A DNA stretch of 5,388 bases from a virus (Duplodnaviria; Heunggongvirae; Uroviricota; Caudoviricetes). Position 1 is the stretch's first letter, and each line of letters begins with the position of its first letter. Shown here one piece after another: positions 1 to 5,388 of the stretch. The stretch lies in the IMG/VR virus record IMGVR_UViG_2734482554_000005. The stretch is one strand, 5' to 3'. Both the position numbers and the translations under genes were made by a program. The notes below the pieces were generated by a model. That model was not told the DNA's origin. It did no database searches and saw nothing but the letters and a program-made list of their open reading frames with translations.

Positions 1-10
1 GGGGCGGGAT

Positions 11-226
11 ATGTATCAGATGGAAAAAATATCAACAGGCATTGCCTACGGCACCTCCGCCGGCAGTGCCGGCTACTGGTTTTTGCAGTGGTTGGATCAG
101 GTCAGTCCATCACAGTGGGCTGCGATTGGTGTGCTGGGAAGTCTGCTTCTGGGGCTTCTGACTTATCTGACAAATCTGTATTTCAAAATAAGAGAAGACA
201 AGCGTAAGGCTGCGAGAGGTGAATAA
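11..226 (+). CDS. S: Phage pinholin (S21-type class II holin; holin/antiholin dual start at Met1 and Met4)
   Basis: 71-aa ORF with two predicted TM segments ([19 protein letters not shown], Gly/Ala-rich SAR-like; [23 protein letters not shown]) and a charged C-terminal tail ([13 protein letters not shown]). In-frame ATGs at 11 and 20 (M-Y-Q-M). Stop TAA 224-226 overlaps the start of the next gene (TAATG). From memory the sequence is very close to phage 21 S21 pinholin. Weak/atypical SD in the 10 nt available upstream. Confidence 0.88.
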   Translation: MYQMEKISTGIAYGTSAGSAGYWFLQWLDQVSPSQWAAIGVLGSLLLGLLTYLTNLYFKIREDKRKAARGE

Positions 227-723
227 TGTCGCCATCATTACGCAAGGCTGTTGCAGCTGCTATTGGTGGTGGGGCTGTTGCTATAGCATCTGTGTTAATC
301 ACTGGCCCAGGTGGTAACGATGGTCTGGAAGGTGTCAGCTACATACCATACAAAGATATCATTGGTGTATGGACTGTATGTCACGGACACACCGGAAAAG
401 ACATCATGCTCGGTAAAACGTATACCGAAGCAGAATGCAAAGCCCTCCTGAATAAAGACCTTGCCACTGTCGCCAGACAAATTAACCCGTACATCAAAGT
501 CGATATACCGGAAACAACGCGCGGCGCTCTTTACTCGTTCGTTTACAACGTGGGCGCTGGCAATTTCAGAACATCGACGCTTCTTCGCAAAATAAACCAG
601 GGCGATATCAAAGGCGCATGTGACCAGCTACGTCGCTGGACATATGCTGGCGGTAAGCAATGGAAAGGGCTGATGACCCGTCGTGAGATTGAGCGTGAAG
701 TCTGTTTGTGGGGGCAGCAATGA
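226..723 (+). CDS. R: SAR endolysin (signal-anchor-release lysozyme, T4-lysozyme/GH24-like muramidase, R21-type)
   Basis: 165-aa ORF. N-terminus is an uncharged Gly/Ala-rich weakly hydrophobic segment ([20 protein letters not shown]) typical of a SAR domain, followed by a lysozyme-like core with a plausible Glu-Asp-Thr catalytic triad (LEGVSY...[15 protein letters not shown]). ATG overlaps the holin stop; its own stop TGA 721-723 overlaps the Rz ATG (ATGA). Confidence 0.92.
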   Translation: MSPSLRKAVAAAIGGGAVAIASVLITGPGGNDGLEGVSYIPYKDIIGVWTVCHGHTGKDIMLGKTYTEAECKALLNKDLATVARQINPYIKVDIPETTRGALYSFVYNVGAGNFRTSTLLRKINQGDIKGACDQLRRWTYAGGKQWKGLMTRREIEREVCLWGQQ

Positions 724-1184
724 GCAGAGTCACCGCGATTATCTCCGCTCTGGTTATCTGCATCATCGTCTGCCTGTCATGGGCTGTTAATCATTACCGT
801 GATAACGCCATTACCTACAAAGAGCAGCGCGACAAAAACGCAAGAGAACTGAAGCTGGCGAACGCAACCATTACTGACATGCAGCAGAGACAGCGTGATG
901 TTAATGCACTCGATGCTAAATACACGAAGGAGTTAGCTGATGCGAAAGCTGAAAATGAAACTCTGCGCGCTGATGTTGCCGCTGGTCGTCGTCGGTTGCA
1001 CATCAAAGCAGTCTGTCAGTCAGTGCGTGAAGCCACCACCGCCTCCGGCGTGGATAATGCAACCAGCCCCCGACTGGCAGACACCGCTGAACGGGATTAT
1101 TTCACCCTCAGAGAGCGGCTGATGACGATGCAGATGCAACTGGAAGGGGCACAGGAGTATATCCGCACTCAGTGCATTAAGTAG
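720..1184 (+). CDS. Rz: Rz i-spanin (inner-membrane spanin subunit, type II membrane protein)
   Basis: ATG 720-722 overlaps the endolysin stop (ATGA). N-terminal TM helix ([20 protein letters not shown]), then a charged, coiled-coil-like periplasmic domain ([51 protein letters not shown]), about the size of lambda Rz. The ORF track extends the frame to a GTG at 708, but the ATGA-coupled ATG at 720 is the more likely start. Confidence 0.85.
   Translation: MSRVTAIISALVICIIVCLSWAVNHYRDNAITYKEQRDKNARELKLANATITDMQQRQRDVNALDAKYTKELADAKAENETLRADVAAGRRRLHIKAVCQSVREATTASGVDNATSPRLADTAERDYFTLRERLMTMQMQLEGAQEYIRTQCIK
940..1122 (+). CDS. Rz1: Rz1 o-spanin (outer-membrane lipoprotein), nested in the +1 frame of Rz
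   Basis: 60-aa ORF entirely inside Rz in a different frame. Strong SD AAGGAG (927-932) 7 nt before ATG 940. Lipoprotein signal peptide with lipobox LVVVG-C (Cys20), and a proline-rich mature peptide ([19 protein letters not shown]). From memory, near-identical to lambda Rz1. Confidence 0.85.
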   Translation: MRKLKMKLCALMLPLVVVGCTSKQSVSQCVKPPPPPAWIMQPAPDWQTPLNGIISPSESG

Positions 1185-1226
1185 CCTTTTTATCGTGGTA
1201 AACATTTCGCAGGGTATGAGGTATTT

Positions 1227-1577
1227 ATGCCATCACTAATCCCACGTGCCTGCCGTAAGCGTGGATGTGCAGGTACAACCACAGACAGTTCGGGTTACTG
1301 CGATAAACATCGCGGTGAAGGCTGGGTGCAGCACCAGCGCGGACTGAGCCGCCACCAGCGTGGCTATGGCTCAAAATGGACGGTGATTCGTGCCCGTATT
1401 CTGAAGCGCGATAAAGGTCTGTGTCAGTTGTGTCTGCGTGTCGGTGTGGTGAGCGAGGCGAAAACCGTCGACCACATCATCCCGAAAGCGCATGGCGGAA
1501 CAGACGCAGACAGCAACCTGCAGAGTCTGTGCTGGCCCTGCCATAAAGCGAAAACAGCGCGCGAACGAATCCGGTGA
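1227..1577 (+). CDS. Phage HNH endonuclease (terminase-associated, HK97 gp74-like)
   Basis: 116-aa ORF with SD GAGGT 6 nt before the ATG. HNH ββα-metal motif (DHIIPKAHGG...DSNLQSLCWPCH) flanked by Cys pairs (CQLC, CWPCH), plus an N-terminal Cys/His cluster (CRKRGCAG...YCDKH). Sits immediately upstream of the terminase genes, as in HK97-like cos phages. Tandem stops TGA-TAA. Confidence 0.88.
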   Translation: MPSLIPRACRKRGCAGTTTDSSGYCDKHRGEGWVQHQRGLSRHQRGYGSKWTVIRARILKRDKGLCQLCLRVGVVSEAKTVDHIIPKAHGGTDADSNLQSLCWPCHKAKTARERIR

Positions 1578-1615
1578 TAATTATTCTCACTTGTAGGGAG
1601 GGGCGGGGCAAATCC

Positions 1616-1881
1616 NNNNNNNNNNNNNNNNNNNNNNNNNNNNNNNNNNNNNNNNNNNNNNNNNNNNNNNNNNNNNNNNNNNNNNNNNNNNNNNNNNNNN
1701 NNNNNNNNNNNNNNNNNNNNNNNNNNNNNNNNNNNNNNNNNNNNNNNNNNNNNNNNNNNNNNNNNNNNNNNNNNNNNNNNNNNNNNNNNNNNNNNNNNNN
1801 NNNNNNNNNNNNNNNNNNNNNNNNNNNNNNNNNNNNNNNNNNNNNNNNNNNNNNNNNNNNNNNNNNNNNNNNNNNNNNNNN
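1616..1881. other. Assembly gap (266 N); nothing can be read here
   Basis: Continuous run of n from 1616 to 1881. True length and content unknown. ORF-track frames crossing it (X runs) are not interpretable. Confidence 0.99.
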
Positions 1882-2227
1882 AGAAGATCTCCCTCTCGCC
1901 ACGATCATGTGGCAACTGACAACCAAAGAACTCTGCGGTCAGGGCCTGCTGTGCGTGACTGACCTGGCGGTACTTGAGCGGTGGTGCGTGGCCTATGAGT
2001 TCTGGCGACGTGCCGTGAAAAATATTGCCATACAGGGCAACACCATCACCGGTGCAATGGGCGGCAGGGTCAAAAATCCGGAGCTGACCGCCAAAAAAGA
2101 ACAGGAGTCCGAGATGAGCAGCACGGGGGCAATGCTCGGACTCGACCCCAGCAGCCGCCAGCGTCTGATTGGCCTGGCGGGGCAGAAGAAAGCCACTAAC
2201 CCGTTTCTGAAAATTATCGAATCATGA
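1882..2227 (+). CDS. Terminase small subunit (P27/HK97 gp1-like), 3' portion only; 5' end lost in the gap
   Basis: Visible 115 codons (…[30 protein letters not shown]…[16 protein letters not shown]…) resemble the C-terminal part of P27-family small terminases. Stop TGA 2225-2227 overlaps the terminase large subunit ATG (ATGA). The start lies in or before the N-run; the track's GTG at 1574 is unlikely because it sits in the HNH stop region and frame continuity across the gap is unknown. Confidence 0.7.
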
Positions 2228-3957
2228 GCCGGAAATCTTACCCCAACGTAAATGCTGCAAATCAGTATGCCCGGGATGTCGTGCGCGGAAAGATTGTTGC
2301 CTGCCAGTTTGTGATTCAGGCCTGCCAGCGCCATCTTGATGACCTGATGGCGGAAAAAAGTAAGTCGTTTCGTTACCGCTTCGACAAGGACCTGGCTGAA
2401 CGGGCCGCGAAATTTATTCAGCTGTTGCCGCACACCAAGGGGGAGTGGGCATTCAAACGGATGCCCATCACGCTGGAGCCGTGGCAGCTATTTGTGATCT
2501 GCTGTGCGTTTGGCTGGGTCAATAAAGGCACCCGGTTGCGCCGCTTCCGGGAGGTGTACACCGAAATCCCCCGTAAGAACGGCAAATCAGCAATCTCTGC
2601 CGGTGTTGCCCTGTATTGTTTTGCCTGTGATAACGAGTTTGGCGCGGAAGTGTATTCCGGTGCCACGACAGAGAAACAGGCGTGGGAAGTCTTTCGCCCG
2701 GCGCGACTGATGTGTAAACGCACACCCATGCTGACGGAAGCGTTCGGGATTGAGGTTAACGCCTCAAACATGAACCGTCCGGAGGATGGCGCGCGGTTTG
2801 AACCGCTGATCGGCAACCCAGGTGATGGTTCATCACCCCACTGTGCCGTGGTTGATGAATATCACGAGCATGCCACCGATGCGCTTTATACCACAATGCT
2901 TACCGGGATGGGGGCGCGACGTCAGCCACTGATGTGGGCCATCACCACCGCCGGGTACAACATTGAGGGGCCGTGCTACGACAAGCGGCGGGAAGTCATC
3001 GAGATGCTCAACGGCTCGGTGCCTAACGATGAACTGTTCGGGATCATCTATACCGTTGATGAAGGTGACGACTGGACCGGCCCGCAGGTGCTGGAAAAAG
3101 CCAATCCAAATATTGGCGTGTCGGTTTATCGCGAATTTTTGTTAAGTCAGCAGCAGCGTGCGAAAAATAACGCCCGTCTGGCAAACGTCTTTAAAACAAA
3201 ACACCTCAATATCTGGGTGTCGGCGCGTTCGGCGTATTTCAACTTGGTGAGCTGGCAGAGCTGCGAGGATAAATCACTGACCCTTGAGCAGTTCGAGGGG
3301 CAGCCGTGCATTCTGGCCTTTGACCTGGCGCGTAAGCTGGATATGAACAGCATGGCGCGACTTTATACCCGCGAGATTGACGGTAAAACGCATTACTACA
3401 GTGTGGCCCCGCGTTTCTGGGTACCGTATGACACGGTGTACAGCGTCGAGAAAAATGAAGATCGACGGACAGCCGAACGCTTTCAGAAATGGGTGGAAAT
3501 GGGCGTTCTGACCGTTACCGATGGTGCGGAGGTGGATTATCGCTACATCCTCGAGGAGGCCAAAGCGGCGAACAAAATCAGCCCGGTCAGTGAGTCACCC
3601 ATCGACCCCTTCGGGGCGACCGGGTTGTCACATGACCTTGCTGATGAAGACCTGAATCCCGTCACTATCGTCCAGAACTTCACCAATATGTCCGATCCGA
3701 TGAAAGAGCTGGAAGCAGCGATTGAATCGGGACGTTTTCATCATGACGGCAATCCCATCATGACCTGGTGTATCGGCAACGTGGTCGGCAAAAACATGCC
3801 GGGTAACGATGATGTGGTGAAACCCGTCAAAGAGCAGGCGGAAAACAAAATCGATGGTGCAGTTGCGCTGATTATGGCGGTTGGCAGAGCCATGCTGTAC
3901 GAGAAAGAAGACACGCTGTCTGACCACATTGAGTCCTACGGGATCCGCTCGCTTTAA
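2224..3957 (+). CDS. Terminase large subunit (ATPase + nuclease), HK97-like
   Basis: 577-aa ORF. Walker A-like P-loop (EIPRKNGKS), Walker B-like hhhhDE (AVVDEYHE), and a C-terminal RNase H-like nuclease region with conserved acidic residues ([11 protein letters not shown]…[12 protein letters not shown]). ATGA-coupled to the small subunit. Position and size fit a packaging ATPase. Confidence 0.93.
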   Translation: MSRKSYPNVNAANQYARDVVRGKIVACQFVIQACQRHLDDLMAEKSKSFRYRFDKDLAERAAKFIQLLPHTKGEWAFKRMPITLEPWQLFVICCAFGWVNKGTRLRRFREVYTEIPRKNGKSAISAGVALYCFACDNEFGAEVYSGATTEKQAWEVFRPARLMCKRTPMLTEAFGIEVNASNMNRPEDGARFEPLIGNPGDGSSPHCAVVDEYHEHATDALYTTMLTGMGARRQPLMWAITTAGYNIEGPCYDKRREVIEMLNGSVPNDELFGIIYTVDEGDDWTGPQVLEKANPNIGVSVYREFLLSQQQRAKNNARLANVFKTKHLNIWVSARSAYFNLVSWQSCEDKSLTLEQFEGQPCILAFDLARKLDMNSMARLYTREIDGKTHYYSVAPRFWVPYDTVYSVEKNEDRRTAERFQKWVEMGVLTVTDGAEVDYRYILEEAKAANKISPVSESPIDPFGATGLSHDLADEDLNPVTIVQNFTNMSDPMKELEAAIESGRFHHDGNPIMTWCIGNVVGKNMPGNDDVVKPVKEQAENKIDGAVALIMAVGRAMLYEKEDTLSDHIESYGIRSL

Positions 3958-3968
3958 CTGAGGTAATT

Positions 3969-4151
3969 ATGATCATGCTGATTCTCGCGCCTCTGGTGGG
4001 CGTGCTGGGTGCGCTTTTGCTGGCGTATGGTGCCTGGCTGATTTATCCCCCGGCGGGTTTTGTTGTTGCCGGGGCGCTGTGCCTGTTCTGGTCGTGGCTG
4101 GTGGCGCGATATCTCGACCGTACACGGCAGTCTGTCGGCGGAGGTAAATAG
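3969..4151 (+). CDS. Hypothetical small membrane protein (60 aa, two predicted TM helices), function unknown
   Basis: SD GAGGT (3960-3964) just upstream of ATG 3969, with a second in-frame ATG at 3975. Almost entirely hydrophobic ([49 protein letters not shown]) with a short basic tail ([11 protein letters not shown]). Stop TAG 4149-4151 overlaps the presumed portal GTG by 1 nt. No family recognised, so this could be a real small protein or a chance ORF. Confidence 0.5.
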   Translation: MIMLILAPLVGVLGALLLAYGAWLIYPPAGFVVAGALCLFWSWLVARYLDRTRQSVGGGK

Positions 4152-5307
4152 TGTTCTTTTCGGGATTATTTCAACGAAAAAGCGATGTGCCGGTGACCAC
4201 GCCAGCAGAACTGCTGATGCTATCGGGCTGTCATACGACACCTATACCGGAAAGCGGATCAGTAGCCAGCGGGCCATGCGCCTGACGGCGGTCTATTCTT
4301 GCGTCAGGGTGCTGGCAGAGTCTGTTGGTATGCTGCCCTGCAGTCTCTACAAAATCAGCGGTACCCTGAAAACACGGGCGGTGGATGAACGACTGCATAA
4401 GTTGGTTTCGGCAAAACCTAATGGCTACATGACACCGCAGGAATTCTGGGAGCTGGTTATTGTCTGCCTGTGTCTACGGGGGAATTTTTACGCCTACAAG
4501 GTAAAGGCACTGGGAGAAGTGGTGGAGCTTCTTCCGATAGATCCGGGCTGTGTGGAACCGAAGCTGAACAGCCAGTGGCAGCCGGTTTATCAGGTGACGT
4601 TTCCGGATGGTTCCGTGGATGTGTTGACCCAGAATGAAATCTGGCATGTGCGCACCCTGACGCTGGATGGACTTGTCGGGCTGAATCCCATTGCGTATGC
4701 GCGTGAGGCCATTTCACTGGCAGCGGCAACCGAGGAGCACGGTGCCAGGTTGTTTAGTAATGGTGCGGTGACATCCGGTGTGTTGCGTACGGAACAAAAG
4801 CTCACGCCGGATGCTTACGAGCGTCTGAAGAAAGATTTTGAGGAGTGTCACACGGGGCTTGGCAATGCTCACCGCCCGATGATTCTGGAAATGGGGCTGG
4901 ACTGGAAGTCGATGGCGCTGAACGCCGAGGACAGTCAGTTCCTGGAAACCCGCAAGTTTCAGCTGGAAGAAATCTGTCGTCTGTTCCGGGTGCCGTTGCA
5001 CATGGTGCAGAACACCGATCGCGCCACCTTCAACAATATCGAAGAGCTGGGGCTGGGATTTATCAACTATTCACTGGTGCCGTATCTGACCCGCATCGAA
5101 CAGCGGATCAACACCGGACTGGTACGAAAAAGTAAGCAGGGCGTTTATTACGCCAAATTTAACGCCGGGGCGTTACTGCGCGGGGATATGAAGTCCCGTT
5201 TTGAAGCCTACGCCACCGGGATCAACTGGGGAATTTACTCTTCCAATGACTGCCGCGACCTGGAAGATATGAATCCGCGTCCCGGTGGTGTAATGCCGAT
5301 CAGTTAA
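4151..5307 (+). CDS. Portal protein (HK97-family), apparently frameshifted near the 5' end in this sequence
   Basis: The body of the protein (from ~4270 to stop TAA 5305-5307; …AMRLTAVYSCVRVLAESVGMLP…NPIAYAREAISLAAATEEHGARLF…) looks like an HK97-type portal. The likely true start is GTG 4151 with a strong SD GGAGGT (4140-4145, 5-nt spacer), encoding MFFSGLFQRKSDVPVTTPAELLMLSG…, which resembles HK97-type portal N-termini as I recall them. That frame hits TGA at 4283-4285, and the rest of the gene is in another frame. The track's 4060 start lies inside the upstream ORF and its first ~70 residues are not portal-like. Confidence 0.8.
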
Positions 5308-5339
5308 GGATCAGTTGACCGATCCAGTGGCTGTGTAAG

Positions 5340-5374
5340 AATCCGGAAACGCTCACTTGTTTCCGGATTTTTTT
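5340..5374 (+). terminator. Rho-independent terminator (11-bp stem, 8-nt loop, T-tract)
   Basis: AATCCGGAAAC (5340-5350), loop GCTCACTT, GTTTCCGGATT (5359-5369) is a perfect inverted repeat, followed by TTTTT (5370-5374). Orientation fits termination of + strand transcripts; the reverse strand lacks a matching U-tract. Confidence 0.75.
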
Positions 5375-5388
5375 ATGCACATTGGACA

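Noticed and set aside
1-10. GGGGCGGG at the window start, and again at 1600-1608, as a possible cos-type repeat
   Set aside because: Only two short G-rich copies, one of them directly next to the holin start where it more likely belongs to the translation initiation region. Too short to call a repeat or cos element without the gap sequence.
708-719. GTG 708 as the Rz start
   Set aside because: It only adds MGAA upstream of an ATG that overlaps the endolysin stop (ATGA). The coupled ATG at 720 is the more parsimonious start.
295-1205. Minus-strand ORFs 295-480, 815-1006 and 1020-1205 within endolysin and Rz
   Set aside because: Antisense to strongly supported lysis genes, with no ribosome-binding sites. 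Judged spurious.
1574-1881. 217-aa ORF from GTG 1574 running through the N-gap into the terminase small subunit
   Set aside because: The frame across the gap is meaningless because gap length is arbitrary. The GTG lies within the HNH stop region, and P27-family small terminases are considerably shorter than 217 aa.
1424-1926. Minus-strand ORFs 1424-1915 and 1477-1926 crossing the gap
   Set aside because: They consist mostly of X from the N-run and are antisense to HNH and the small terminase. No support.
1993-3927. Minus-strand ORFs (1993-2433, 2418-2816, 2519-2725, 3147-3353, 3628-3927, 3741-3929) and alternative + frame ORFs (2504-2710, 2963-3145) inside the terminase genes
   Set aside because: All lie within the well-supported terminase coding region, have no SD or start context, and have low-complexity Arg/Ser/Cys-rich translations typical of off-frame reads of GC-rich coding sequence.
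3954-4241. Minus-strand 95-aa ORF antisense to the small membrane ORF and portal start
   Set aside because: Highly basic, low-complexity translation (…[18 protein letters not shown]…) with no start context. It would read across the + strand SD and coupled start region.
4060-4275. ATG 4060 as the portal start (415-aa ORF in the six-frame track)
   Set aside because: It begins inside the upstream ORF in another frame, has no SD, and its first ~70 residues ([17 protein letters not shown]…) are not portal-like. It is most likely an open frame upstream of a frameshift. The GTG 4151 start with GGAGGT fits better.
4457-5135. Alternative-frame ORFs inside portal (4457-4729 -, 4590-4805 -, 4714-5001 -, 4845-5135 +)
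   Set aside because: Embedded in the portal coding region, Pro/Arg/Ser-rich translations, no start signals.
1-5388. Search for tRNA, rRNA, CRISPR repeats, IS-type terminal inverted repeats or a toxin-antitoxin/defence cassette
   Set aside because: No cloverleaf-like or regularly spaced repeat structure was seen by eye. Apart from the N-gap, all space is accounted for by late phage genes with very short intergenic regions.

Overview
This window reads as the late-gene segment (lysis, DNA packaging, start of head assembly) of a temperate lambdoid/HK97-like prophage from an enterobacterial host. All supported genes are on the + strand and tightly packed, many with overlapping stop/start codons. 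In order: a pinholin (dual-start holin), a SAR endolysin, the Rz/Rz1 spanin pair with Rz1 nested inside Rz, an HNH endonuclease, a 266-nt run of N (assembly gap, 1616-1881) that hides the 5' end of the terminase small subunit and probably the cos site, the terminase large subunit, a 60-aa hydrophobic ORF of unknown function, a portal gene that appears frameshifted near its 5' end, and a strong intrinsic terminator. No rRNA, tRNA, CRISPR array or insertion sequence is visible. I see no self-contained novel system such as a defence operon. The features not explained by a standard late operon are the small membrane ORF between terminase and portal, the split portal reading frame, and the terminator directly after portal. 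All homology statements come from reading the translations and from recalled family features, not from a database search.
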